A DNA stretch of 32,000 nt. It comes from Edaphobacter aggregans. Its GTDB lineage: Bacteria; Acidobacteriota; Terriglobia; Terriglobales; Acidobacteriaceae. Below are positions 18,361-27,209 of this stretch, piece after piece. The notes beneath the pieces are model-generated. The model was not told the origin of the DNA. It did not search any database and saw only the letters and a program-made list of their open reading frames with translations. A program made the translations under genes and the position numbers. Each line of letters starts with the position of its first letter. Positions within the stretch are counted from its first letter, which is position 1. Where the stretch lies: contig NZ_RSDW01000001.1 in assembly GCF_003945235.1 (NCBI RefSeq), positions 4,110,001 to 4,142,000 on the forward strand. Direction: 5' to 3'.

Positions 18361-19248
18361 CTAAAGCGTAATCATCACCACAGCAGCCGCCGCAACCACC
18401 ATCCCCACCCCCTGCCGCCGAGTAGGCCGTTCATGCAGCGTCCAGGCCGCCAGCAAAATAGTCGAGGCCGGATAAAGCGAAGCCAGCACAGCCGCAACAT
18501 CCAGCCGCCCCGCCCGCGTCGCTGCAATAAACAACAAATTCCCCGAAGTATCCAGCAGAGCCGTCCCCATCGCCCAAAGCATCGCGACCCGCGTCAGTCG
18601 CCCCCGCTTCACCTCATCCGACCCAAACAGCATCGTGGCAATCAGCATCACCGAGCAGACGCTCAAACTCCCCATCCTGGCCGTAGCCATCGGCCAGATC
18701 ACCCCCGCCGCTCCGGCAAACTTCAGCGCAACAAAATAAACTCCGAATCCCGCTCCCGCCAGCACCGCCAGCCAAACCGTACCCGCCGAAGCCGGCACAG
18801 CCTCCGGATTATCCCCCGCCGCAATCAGCCAGATCGCCAGCCCCGCCACCACAAAACCCACCATGCGCAGCACTCCCGGCGACCCCTCCCCTGCGATCGA
18901 AACCCCTGCCGGAATCGCCGCCGCCAGCAACCCGCTCACTGCTGCAGAAGCCCCCATCGCTCCCCGCGACAGCGCCACATAGAAAGCAGTCAGTGAAAGC
19001 CCGCCCATCACCCCAGCGGTCAAGCCCCACCACAAAGCCGCACCATGCGGAAACGGATCGCCCCGCAACAACTCGATCGCCAGCAGCACGCTAAAACTGC
19101 AAACATGGCTCAGCAAAACCACCCGCAGCGCGGCCCCCATCGTGCCTCCGGCGGTCTTCGCCCCCATGCCGCCCGAAAAATCCCCACCGCCCCAAAGCAC
19201 AGCAGCCGCCAGCGCTAGCAGGGCATTCCCATGCAGCAGCATATCCAT
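18361..19248 (-). CDS. EamA/DMT-family transporter
   Basis: The 295-aa product has about 10 hydrophobic helices and a duplicated EamA-like layout. The family call rests on architecture and composition. Confidence 0.8.
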   Translation of the reverse strand: MDMLLHGNALLALAAAVLWGGGDFSGGMGAKTAGGTMGAALRVVLLSHVCSFSVLLAIELLRGDPFPHGAALWWGLTAGVMGGLSLTAFYVALSRGAMGASAAVSGLLAAAIPAGVSIAGEGSPGVLRMVGFVVAGLAIWLIAAGDNPEAVPASAGTVWLAVLAGAGFGVYFVALKFAGAAGVIWPMATARMGSLSVCSVMLIATMLFGSDEVKRGRLTRVAMLWAMGTALLDTSGNLLFIAATRAGRLDVAAVLASLYPASTILLAAWTLHERPTRRQGVGMVVAAAAVVMITL

Positions 19249-19291
19249 CCAGAGATCTCCAAATCAGGAAAGCAGGACCGTTTTCGACGAC

Positions 19292-19335
19292 ACACCAAAA
19301 AGAACCAGCGCAAAACAGCACTCGCCGTCTTGCGC
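19292..19335 (-). terminator. Intrinsic terminator after the 438-aa VWFA gene
   Basis: On the minus strand the hairpin is GCGCAAGACGGC-GAGT-GCTGTTTTGCGC (12 bp, two G-U). It is followed by TGGTTCTTTTTGGTGT and starts 25 nt after the stop. Confidence 0.65.
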
Positions 19336-19360
19336 CGTCTCTACCTCGAACTGCTCAAAG

Positions 19361-20677
19361 CTACTGGGGCGTAACCGGATTCGCCGGTTTTATATCTGTG
19401 GCCGACGGGAAATAGCCTTTTTTCGCGATGACATTGAGGCCCGGCTTCAGCACCTTGACCTCGATCGGACGATACTTCCCATCGATGAACGGCTCGTGCG
19501 TGTAATACCCGATCGTGTACTGGTTCCGAGCCTCTTCCGTAATCCGTGCAAAGCTCTGCTCGATGCCCTTCTGTCGGAACTCAGCGTCAAAGTACCCGCC
19601 CGTCTCGCTCGCATAAGCCGGAAGCAGGTTGTCCTTCATCATCAGCGGCAGGTGGATCTTGTCGAGATAGCCCACCACCGGCAGGGAAGAGTCGCCCACC
19701 AGAGTCCCATACACGGCAACCTTGTTCGTCTGCAGATACTTCACCACATCCTTATACTTCGCCTGGCTGCCATACTCTTTACCGTCGCTGATCACATAGA
19801 CCACGCGCCGCCGTCCTTTACCTGCCTTCGACGTGGCGATTGCAGCGGCCAGAATAGCGTCGTTCAGCGTGTGAACCTCTCTGGGCGGATTGATCTGCAT
19901 GCTCGCGCGGTTCCGGTTCGCAGACGTATTCGGATCAAATTGCTGGTCGTTACGCACAATTGTCTGCGCCAGCGGTCCACCCAGCGGTTGCAGTGGTTCG
20001 CGCCCCGTCGTCCTCGATGAATCCAGCACGAACTTCAACCGATCACTCTGGCCCGCCGTGAAAGGTGTACGCATCTGCGGCCCATTGTTGTAGGTAAAGA
20101 CCGCAACCTCGTCATAGGGTGAAAACGCATCCGACAGCGCGGTCATGGCCGCGTTCACCTTGGCCATGTTGTCGACGGTCAGGCTCTGATCGATCACCAC
20201 CGCCACCGACAGCGGCCATGGATCCACGGTAAAGAGCCTCATCTGTTGACGCAGTCCATTTTCATAGACCCGAACATCGCGCCAGGTCAGTCCCGGCACC
20301 AGCTTGCCACTCTTGTCCTTCACCGTAAACGGCACTTCGACCAGGTTGACCTGGATCGACGGCAGCGTAAACGCCTTCGCGCCCTGACCCGCCGCCGGAA
20401 CCTCCGGCGCGGCACCCTCATCGGGATTCGAGGCAGTTGGCTTGGTTTGCGGCAGACTGGTCGTCGGTGCGGTTGGCTGTTGCGGATCCGGCGCCTCATC
20501 CCCATTTGAAGTCGCCGTCGTACCCATACCCGGCCTGGTTCCTGTAACGGGTAAGCCCTGCGGCCTCGGAGCATCAGGGATCGACTGCTGCGCTACATCC
20601 TGCGCCGCCGTCTGCTGAGCAGGCTGCCCAAGCACCATGCACGCCAAAGCACCTGCCAATAAACCATTCCTTACCAC
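19361..20677 (-). CDS. VWA domain-containing protein (VWFA-related acidobacterial domain type) with a Pro/Thr-rich N-terminal linker
   Basis: A signal-like N-terminus and a low-complexity PQ/PT region are present. The core has LSVAVVIDQSLT (MIDAS-like DxSxS variant), VVYVISDGKEY and the C-terminal motif YTIGYY...YRPIEVKV...KGYF. Confidence 0.85.
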   Translation of the reverse strand: MVRNGLLAGALACMVLGQPAQQTAAQDVAQQSIPDAPRPQGLPVTGTRPGMGTTATSNGDEAPDPQQPTAPTTSLPQTKPTASNPDEGAAPEVPAAGQGAKAFTLPSIQVNLVEVPFTVKDKSGKLVPGLTWRDVRVYENGLRQQMRLFTVDPWPLSVAVVIDQSLTVDNMAKVNAAMTALSDAFSPYDEVAVFTYNNGPQMRTPFTAGQSDRLKFVLDSSRTTGREPLQPLGGPLAQTIVRNDQQFDPNTSANRNRASMQINPPREVHTLNDAILAAAIATSKAGKGRRRVVYVISDGKEYGSQAKYKDVVKYLQTNKVAVYGTLVGDSSLPVVGYLDKIHLPLMMKDNLLPAYASETGGYFDAEFRQKGIEQSFARITEEARNQYTIGYYTHEPFIDGKYRPIEVKVLKPGLNVIAKKGYFPSATDIKPANPVTPQ

Positions 20678-20891
20678 GCAACAACCCCCATACTCTTCCA
20701 GCCGGCCGGTTTCCGGCCCCAGCTATGCCAAGTACCAGATTACCAGCGCATTCGCCGCGCCGCCATCCTACACCAGTCACTTCTCTTTTGACGTAGACCC
20801 CACCCCCAACGTTGTGCTGGACATCCACACATCTACGCTTTCTCTATACCCGTCATTTTCCCGCTGACTCCAAGCCCCTATTCATCGTCTA

Positions 20892-21932
20892 ATGGGACAT
20901 ATGCGCCCCTCCGTGCTCGCCGCTGCGACTCTCTGCCTCTCCCTCATCCCCGTCCTCCGCGCACAGGAGGCCCCCTCCCCCGGCGGCCCACCCCCTGCCA
21001 GCGAAGCTGCCCCTCAGCCCATCGCAGGCCTCGATACCGAAACTCTCAAGGTCAACGTCAACCTCGTCAACGTCTACTTCTCCGTTCGCGACAAAGAGGG
21101 ATACATCACCAACCTCAAAAAACAGGACTGCAGCATCTTTGAGGACAAGGCCCTCCAGAAGACCAAGAACTTCACCCAGGAAAAAAACCTTCCCCTCACC
21201 ATCGGCATGCTCCTCGACACCAGCGGAAGTCAGATAAACGTCCTTCCCTTGGAGCAGGAAGCGGGAGCCGAGTTCCTCCGCGACGTCATTACCCCAAAGG
21301 ACGAAGCCTTCCTTATGTCCTTTGATATCAACGTAGATCTCCTCGCCGACTACACCAACAGTCCCCGCGAGATCAAGCGCGCCATGGACAAAGCCCAGAT
21401 CAACACCGGCGCCGGCACCGGCTCCGTCACCGGCAACAGCAACCCCCGTGGAACCCTGCTCTTCGACGCCGTCTACCTCGCATCCAATGACAAGCTCCGT
21501 CAAGAAGCCGGTCGCAAGATCCTCATCCTCCTCACCGACGGCGGAGATCAGGGCTCTCAAGAAACGTTGAAGACCGCTACCGAAGCCGCCCAGAAGGCCA
21601 ACGCCATCGTCTATGTCATCCTCATAGCCGACCGCGGCTTCTACGGCGGCTTTGGCATCAACCTCGCCGACTCTGGCGCCGCCGACATGGAGCGTCTCGC
21701 CAAAGACACCGGCGGCCGCGTCATCAACGTAGGCAACAACGGCAAAAAGCTCCAGGACGCCTTCAACCAGATTCAGGACGAGCTCCGCACCCAATACCTC
21801 GCCAGCTACACCCCCCTCAACCTCAAGGCCGACGGCACCTTCCGCAATCTCAACATCACCTGCCAGCCCGGCCAGAAGGTCCAGGCCCGCAAGGGCTACT
21901 ACGCCATAGCCGACAGTCCCGACAACAACTGA
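20892..21932 (+). CDS. VWA domain-containing protein (VWFA-related acidobacterial domain type)
   Basis: A signal peptide is present. Motifs are VNLVNVYFSVRDK, LTIGMLLDTSGSQ (MIDAS DxSGS), ILILLTDGGDQGS, and YLASYTP...FRNLNITC...ARKGYYA. Confidence 0.88.
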   Translation: MGHMRPSVLAAATLCLSLIPVLRAQEAPSPGGPPPASEAAPQPIAGLDTETLKVNVNLVNVYFSVRDKEGYITNLKKQDCSIFEDKALQKTKNFTQEKNLPLTIGMLLDTSGSQINVLPLEQEAGAEFLRDVITPKDEAFLMSFDINVDLLADYTNSPREIKRAMDKAQINTGAGTGSVTGNSNPRGTLLFDAVYLASNDKLRQEAGRKILILLTDGGDQGSQETLKTATEAAQKANAIVYVILIADRGFYGGFGINLADSGAADMERLAKDTGGRVINVGNNGKKLQDAFNQIQDELRTQYLASYTPLNLKADGTFRNLNITCQPGQKVQARKGYYAIADSPDNN

Positions 21933-21956
21933 TCGAATCGGCAAGCAGTCGGGTGC

Positions 21957-21991
21957 CCCATCTTCGCGCAGTCTTATCGCGCTAAGGTGGG
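21957..21991. repeat. Imperfect hairpin element between convergent VWFA and hisA genes
   Basis: The hairpin is CCCATCTTCGCGC-AGTCTTATC-GCGCTAAGGTGGG (12 of 13 positions pair, one G-U). Neither side has a U-tract, so it is not a canonical terminator. It resembles a dispersed-repeat motif. Confidence 0.55.
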
Positions 21992-22033
21992 CATCGCGCG
22001 AAGCGCGACCGCTCCTGCCCATCTATCCAGCCC

Positions 22034-22735
22034 TCAAGCCTCCATTGCCCCCGAATAAACCGCCATCCCCGCCACGGCATCCACCCCCATAGCATCCAGA
22101 GCATCCACCTCAGCCCGCTCCTTGACTCCCCCCGCCACAATCAACTGCTTCGCCGTAGTAGCCCGCAAAATCGCCGCCACATCAATCGGAAACCCGGTCA
22201 TCGTCCCCTCCGTATCAACATGCGTATACAAAAACGCAGCGCAATAATCCTCCAGCCACGTCACAGCCTCTTCCGGCGTAAGCGCAACCGAATCCTTCCA
22301 CCCCTTCACAGCCACCTGCCCACCCTTCGTATCCACGCTGAACACCAACGCTTCCTCTCCCAAAGTCTTCTTCAACTCCTCCGCAAACTCCAGCCTGATC
22401 AACTTGTGCCGCCGCACCTCACCCTCTGCCGCAGCCCCAAACAAACTCGACCCATAGATCACCCGCTTAGCCCCCGCATCGAGCAGCGCCCGCCCATCCG
22501 CCGCAGTCCGCAACCCCCCGCCCACCTGGCAAGGCAGCCTTTTGCAGATCATCTCAATCAGCGCCCGATTCTCCCCCTGCCGCATAGCCGCATCCAGATC
22601 GATCAACTGCACCACCGGATACTTCGAAAACCGTTCAATCCAATACTCAAAATCATCAAAAGCGAGCTTCAGCTTCTCACCCTGAACCAGCTGCACGATC
22701 CGCCCACCCATCAAATCAATCGAAGGTATCAACAT
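22034..22735 (-). CDS. hisA: 1-(5-phosphoribosyl)-5-[(5-phosphoribosylamino)methylideneamino]imidazole-4-carboxamide isomerase
   Basis: Motifs MLIPSIDLMGGRIVQLVQG, QVGGGLR, VAVKGW, HVDTEGTMTGF and VAGGV are present. It is a divergent HisA/HisF-type barrel located in the his operon. Confidence 0.85.
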   Translation of the reverse strand: MLIPSIDLMGGRIVQLVQGEKLKLAFDDFEYWIERFSKYPVVQLIDLDAAMRQGENRALIEMICKRLPCQVGGGLRTAADGRALLDAGAKRVIYGSSLFGAAAEGEVRRHKLIRLEFAEELKKTLGEEALVFSVDTKGGQVAVKGWKDSVALTPEEAVTWLEDYCAAFLYTHVDTEGTMTGFPIDVAAILRATTAKQLIVAGGVKERAEVDALDAMGVDAVAGMAVYSGAMEA

Positions 22736-22766
22736 CTTTCTCTCCCTGGCTAAACCAATAAACGTT

Positions 22767-22924
22767 TGTCATTCTGACCCTGAGCGCAGCGAACGGGGAA
22801 GAACCCCCGCAGTTCGCTTTTGTCGTTGCCGTTGTCTTTCTAGGTGTCATCCCGTAAGGGTCTGCTTTTGCCCTTGCCGTTGCTTGTTTTGATCGGTGCC
22901 ATCGGTGAAGATCGGTGTTAAGCC
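22767..22924 (+). repeat. Composite modular repeat, copy 2 (modules a-b-c), fused to ATCGGTG-triplet copy B; it fills the hisF-hisA spacer
   Basis: Module a at 22767-22808 contains the hairpin GCGAACGGGG-AAGAA-CCCC(CGCA)GTTCGC. Module b is at 22820-22840 and module c at 22844-22884. The triplet GATCGGTGCCATCGGTGAAGATCGGTGTTAAGCC is at 22891-22924 and ends 2 nt from the hisF stop. Confidence 0.85.
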
Positions 22925-22926
22925 TT

Positions 22927-23697
22927 TCAGCAAGGCAACCTCACACTAACCCCAGCCCGCTGCAACTCCCCCTTCAACTCCTGGGAATCCGTAACCCCAA
23001 AGTGAAAGATACTAGCCGCCAAAGCGGCATCCGCTCGCCCACGCCCAAACACATCCACAAAGTGAGCCGCACTTCCCGCGCCGCCCGAGGCAATCACCGG
23101 AATCTGCACCGCGCCTGAAACCGCCGCCGTCAACTCACAATCAAACCCACTCCGCATCCCATCCGTATTCATGCTGGTCAGCAAAATCTCCCCCGCCCCA
23201 CGCTCCTCCGCCTCACGAGCCCAATCCACCACCCGCCGCCCAGTCGGCTTCCGCCCGCCACTCACATAAACCTCAGCATCCTCTACACCTAGCGACCCCC
23301 GCCGAGCATCGATCGCCACAATCACCGCCTGCGCCCCAAAGCTCCCGCCAATCTCCCCAATCAACTCCGGCCGCGCAATCGCACTCGAGTTGATACTCAC
23401 CTTATCGGCCCCCGCATCGAACACCGCCGCCGCATCCTCCGGACTCCTGATCCCCCCGCCCACCGTAAACGGTACAAACAACGCCGCCGCCGTCCGCTTC
23501 ACCGTATCGAGCAGCGTCCCGCGCCCCTCATGCGTAGCAGTAATATCCAGCAACACAATTTCATCGGCCCCCGCCGCCGCATGACGATGCGCCAACTCAG
23601 CCGGATCACCCGCATCCACGATGTCCACAAACTGAACACCCTTCACCACGCGACCATCGCGAACATCCAGACAAGCAATAATCCTCTTTGTTAGCAT
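22927..23697 (-). CDS. hisF: Imidazole glycerol phosphate synthase, cyclase subunit
   Basis: Motifs [28 protein letters not shown] and VGGGIRS are present. The product is 256 aa. Confidence 0.95.
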   Translation of the reverse strand: MLTKRIIACLDVRDGRVVKGVQFVDIVDAGDPAELAHRHAAAGADEIVLLDITATHEGRGTLLDTVKRTAAALFVPFTVGGGIRSPEDAAAVFDAGADKVSINSSAIARPELIGEIGGSFGAQAVIVAIDARRGSLGVEDAEVYVSGGRKPTGRRVVDWAREAEERGAGEILLTSMNTDGMRSGFDCELTAAVSGAVQIPVIASGGAGSAAHFVDVFGRGRADAALAASIFHFGVTDSQELKGELQRAGVSVRLPC

Positions 23698-24224
23698 GAT
23701 GGTTCCTTGTTCTCACGTAACAGATCTTTCAACCGCGCAATTTGCAAGTCGGTGACTACACGACGCGGGATGATAATGTAAGCGCCTTTACGTGCAGCTA
23801 TGATCACGACCCTCTTGTTTTGAGCAATACTATGCGTCGCCGACCAGAGCCATGTCAGATCGCCCATCATGTGTATCTGGCGTGCAAACGAAGTTTTATC
23901 CGATTGGAAGGTCATTTGCGGAGGCTGTGAAGGAGTCAGCTTCAATCGTTTGTAGCTATAACGCCAGCTAATCCAAATAGCGGATGGCATGAGAAAGAAC
24001 AGGAAGATAAGGGGAATGATTGGCGGGACCGTAGATCCGTGGCCGTTGAAGAGATTAATCAAGGCCATGGCCACAAGCAGTAAGGCTACCGCTAGAGCAA
24101 TATAGCGGGCCAGTATATGGAAGAGCAGAATAGGAATGCTTTGCCTTACAGCTAACTTCTGGCCTGCGACGAACTCGCGATAGCTTAGCGAGTAATCAAT
24201 TGATATCTCTGGGTTCTCGATCAC
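23691..24224 (-). CDS. YcxB-like membrane protein (two TM helices plus C-terminal YcxB-type domain)
   Basis: The product is 177 aa. TM segments are [26 protein letters not shown] and [20 protein letters not shown]. The C-terminus ...[23 protein letters not shown] resembles the YcxB family as I recall it. Its stop overlaps the hisF start by 7 nt. G+C is visibly lower than in the flanks. Confidence 0.6.
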   Translation of the reverse strand: MIENPEISIDYSLSYREFVAGQKLAVRQSIPILLFHILARYIALAVALLLVAMALINLFNGHGSTVPPIIPLIFLFFLMPSAIWISWRYSYKRLKLTPSQPPQMTFQSDKTSFARQIHMMGDLTWLWSATHSIAQNKRVVIIAARKGAYIIIPRRVVTDLQIARLKDLLRENKEPSC

Positions 24225-24261
24225 GTTTCTTATCCTTCGTACAGTGTTACTAATATTTGTC

Positions 24262-24543
24262 TTATCCTAGCCTCGACGGTACAACCGTCGGTACCGCAAC
24301 CTCCGCCCCTTCACAAACAATCCGAGCAATCGGCCGCGAAGCATCAACCTTCGCACCATCCTCTGCGAACCAAGCCACCAGCAAACCCTGCTTCGGAGCA
24401 GGCAGATGAAACTCCATCTTCCCATCCGACAGCACAGCCACAGCCTGCCCCGTTCCCACCAGCGTCCCCGGAGGAACCAGATGCTGCACCACCGTATACT
24501 CCGGCTCATTCTCATCCAGCATCAACTCATAAAGAAAAGGCAT
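24262..24543 (-). CDS. Small lipoyl/biotinyl-domain-like (single hybrid motif) protein
   Basis: The ATG lies 1 nt after the hisH TGA. The sequence LSDGKMEFHLPAPKQGLLVAWFAEDGAKVDASRPIARI fits the hybrid-motif hairpin pattern, with a Lys (K42) at the tip position. The track start at 24558 was trimmed. Confidence 0.55.
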   Translation of the reverse strand: MPFLYELMLDENEPEYTVVQHLVPPGTLVGTGQAVAVLSDGKMEFHLPAPKQGLLVAWFAEDGAKVDASRPIARIVCEGAEVAVPTVVPSRLG

Positions 24544-24544
24544 C

Positions 24545-25153
24545 TCACAACTCCACAAAGTTCTTCAAAACCTGTAAACCCACAGCGCTCGACTTCTCCG
24601 GATGGAACTGAACCCCCATCACATTCTCCCTCTCGACCACTCCCGTAAACACTCCTCCATAATTCGTAACCGCCGCAGTTTCATGAACCACGGGAGCCCG
24701 CCACGAGTGCGTGTAATAAACAAACCCACCATCCTCCACGCCACGCAGCAACCGAGAATCCGCCCTTACCCCCTCCAGCGAATTCCAACCCACATGCGGA
24801 GACTTCAACTCTGCACCCTCAAACAGAGCAGGGAAGCGCTCACACATCCCCGCAAAGTGCCCCAACCCCGCAACCCCCGGAGCCTCCGTAGACCCCTCAA
24901 ACAACCACTGCAACCCAACACAAACCCCCAGAAACCAAGCCCCCTTAGCCACACTCTCCCGAACAGCCTCCGTCAACCCAAGATCAGTCAGCAACCGCGT
25001 AGCCTGAAAGTGCCCCACCCCCGGCAGCACCACCTTAGACGCTGATCGCACCACCTCCGGATCCTGAGTCACCTGCGTCTCAGCCCCCAGATAGCGCAGC
25101 GCCTTCACCACGCTAGTAAGATTCCCCGCCTTGTAATCAATCACAGCAATCAT
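24545..25153 (-). CDS. hisH: Imidazole glycerol phosphate synthase, glutamine amidotransferase subunit
   Basis: Motifs MIAVIDYKAGNL, LPGVGHF, GVCVGLQ (catalytic Cys) and GVQFHPEKS are present. Confidence 0.95.
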   Translation of the reverse strand: MIAVIDYKAGNLTSVVKALRYLGAETQVTQDPEVVRSASKVVLPGVGHFQATRLLTDLGLTEAVRESVAKGAWFLGVCVGLQWLFEGSTEAPGVAGLGHFAGMCERFPALFEGAELKSPHVGWNSLEGVRADSRLLRGVEDGGFVYYTHSWRAPVVHETAAVTNYGGVFTGVVERENVMGVQFHPEKSSAVGLQVLKNFVEL

Positions 25154-25183
25154 GAATTCAGTACCGATCTAACTTCTTATTAG

Positions 25184-25468
25184 CTAAAGTCTGTTTTCGA
25201 AAAAGAATTCCCCGATCCAGACCAAGACCATGAGGACGACAAGGCAGCCAGTCAGAACGAACCACCGCCGCGATGCAAATGCTCCAGCTCCCGCTGAGAA
25301 AAGCATCGCTCCGAAATAAAGGAAAAGGAAGACAGCACCAGAAATATGCGGCACTGGCGAAGATCGAAAATAGGTATCGATGACGAGCCCAGCCATCAAC
25401 ACGAGCGATATTAGGCCACAGAGATGACCTAGCTTTGCTTGCCGCGCTGAATTAGCAATACTGCTCAC
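25184..25468 (-). CDS. Hypothetical 94-aa membrane protein (three predicted TM helices)
   Basis: The GTG start overlaps the hisB TGA (GTGA). Three hydrophobic stretches are present. G+C is lower than in the flanks. Confidence 0.55.
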   Translation of the reverse strand: MSSIANSARQAKLGHLCGLISLVLMAGLVIDTYFRSSPVPHISGAVFLFLYFGAMLFSAGAGAFASRRWFVLTGCLVVLMVLVWIGEFFFENRL

Positions 25469-26073
25469 AACAATCCCTTCGTGCTAGGCAACATCTCCCG
25501 CATCCGCTCATCCCGCGAGCAAGCCCCGCGCAGAGCCCGCGCAAACGCCTTAAAGATCGCCTCAATCTTATGGTGATTCGACCGCCCATACATCGTCTTC
25601 ACATGCACATTCGCCTTCGCACCCCGAGCAAACCCATCAAAGAAATCCGCCAGCAACTCACTCTGAAAGTCCCCAACCAGCCTCACCTTCACCTTGTCAT
25701 CGACGACATAAGCCACGCGCCCGCTCAAATCCACAGCGGCCACAGCCAGCGTCTCATCCATCGCCATCACAAAGTACCCAGCCCGCATAATGCCCTTCTT
25801 ATCGCCAAGAGCCTTATTGAAAGCCTCCCCCAACGCAATCCCGACATCCTCCACCGTATGGTGCTGATCAACATCCAGATCGCCCGTACACTTCAGCGTC
25901 AAATCAAACCCGCCATGCCGAGTAAACAACTCCAGCATGTGATCGAAAAACCGAATCCCCGTTGAAACCTGATAGACACCCTGCCCGTCGACAACCAGCT
26001 TCAACGCAATCTGCGTCTCCGTCGTATCTCGCTTGATCGTCGCCGTCCGCACGCCCGTAGCACTCTTCGCCAT
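25465..26073 (-). CDS. hisB: Imidazoleglycerol-phosphate dehydratase
   Basis: Motifs [30 protein letters not shown] and [10 protein letters not shown] are present. The 202-aa product is monofunctional. Confidence 0.95.
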   Translation of the reverse strand: MAKSATGVRTATIKRDTTETQIALKLVVDGQGVYQVSTGIRFFDHMLELFTRHGGFDLTLKCTGDLDVDQHHTVEDVGIALGEAFNKALGDKKGIMRAGYFVMAMDETLAVAAVDLSGRVAYVVDDKVKVRLVGDFQSELLADFFDGFARGAKANVHVKTMYGRSNHHKIEAIFKAFARALRGACSRDERMREMLPSTKGLL

Positions 26074-27209
26074 TATTCAAACTCCCGCACACCATCATTA
26101 ACGCCACCGGCCAAACCCTGCACCGGCACCCATCCAATCTCATTCAGCGAAACCTTCATCGCCTCCAACCCACGAGTCACATGATCCTCCACACCAATCG
26201 TGATCCGAACATACCCATCGCATCCTGGATCGCCTGACCGATCCCGCAGCAACACACCATGCTTACGCATCGCTGCCACCAGCTCCTTATGCTTCGGCCC
26301 AATCTTCATCAACACAAAGTTCGCTTCACTCGGGAAATAAGGAACCCCCAACTCCGCCAGCCCCGTCATTATCCGCTCGCGCCCAGTCTTTACCTGATCC
26401 ACATACCAGGCCAGATAAGCCTCATCCTCAATAGCAACCGAAAGACAATCCAGCGCCACGCCATTGATGTTGTAAGGCGAGCACACCTTCCGCACATACC
26501 GCAACAACTCAGCATTTCCCGCAAGCATCCCAGCTCGCAGATTCGCCAGCCCATACGCCTTCGAAAATGTCCGCGCCACAATCAGATTCGGCACATCCGC
26601 CAAATCCTGCATCACCGACTCGCCATGAAAGTGGTAGTAAGCCTCATCCACCATCAACACTGCCTGCGGAGCAGCCTTTGCAATCGCCAGCAGATGCTCC
26701 CGGCTCACCGGCGCACCCGTCGGATTATTCGGAGTAGCCACCATAATCAGCTTCGTTTTCTCCGTAATCGCAGCCATAAACCGTTCAAACGGAAACTCTA
26801 GCGACTCATCCGACTGCACCTTCACCAGCCCACGCGTCATGATGCTGATGTTCACGTCATACATAAAAAACGTAGGCGGCGCGATCAACGCCTCATCGCC
26901 TTCATCCAAAAACGCGCAGCACATCAGGTGAATCCCCTCATCCACCCCATTGGTCAGCAGCACCTGCTCCGCCTGCAGACCAAAGTGCGCCGCTACCTTC
27001 CGCTCCACCGGCTCCCGCTCCGGATACTTCGTCAACCCCTCAGCCGTAATCTGCCTCACCCGCTCGATCACCTTCGGAGAAGGCGCCAGCGTGTTCTCAT
27101 TGAAGTCCAGCCGCAGCACCTCACGTCCTGCCAATGGCGGATGATACTCCGGCATTTCCAGCACCGCACGCCGCGGCCTAACAGTCTTCGTTTCTGTAGC
27201 AATACTCAT
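26073..27209 (-). CDS. hisC: Histidinol-phosphate aminotransferase
   Basis: Motifs [20 protein letters not shown] and [15 protein letters not shown] (PLP Lys) are present. The stop TAA shares its last A with the hisB ATG. Confidence 0.95.
   Translation of the reverse strand: MSIATETKTVRPRRAVLEMPEYHPPLAGREVLRLDFNENTLAPSPKVIERVRQITAEGLTKYPEREPVERKVAAHFGLQAEQVLLTNGVDEGIHLMCCAFLDEGDEALIAPPTFFMYDVNISIMTRGLVKVQSDESLEFPFERFMAAITEKTKLIMVATPNNPTGAPVSREHLLAIAKAAPQAVLMVDEAYYHFHGESVMQDLADVPNLIVARTFSKAYGLANLRAGMLAGNAELLRYVRKVCSPYNINGVALDCLSVAIEDEAYLAWYVDQVKTGRERIMTGLAELGVPYFPSEANFVLMKIGPKHKELVAAMRKHGVLLRDRSGDPGCDGYVRITIGVEDHVTRGLEAMKVSLNEIGWVPVQGLAGGVNDGVREFE

Noticed and set aside
19142-20020. 292-aa plus-strand ORF
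   Set aside because: It runs antisense across the EamA 5' end, a terminator and the VWFA gene. It has no coherent protein features.
21957-22008. Hairpins between the VWFA gene and hisA considered as a bidirectional intrinsic terminator
   Set aside because: The stems are convincing, but neither strand has a following U-tract. They are recorded as a repeat/hairpin element only.
20889-22022. 377-aa ORF on the minus strand
   Set aside because: It lies exactly antisense to the well-supported VWFA gene (20892-21932). Its translation is low-complexity and rich in G, A, V, E and D. It is a shadow frame kept open by the C-rich plus strand.
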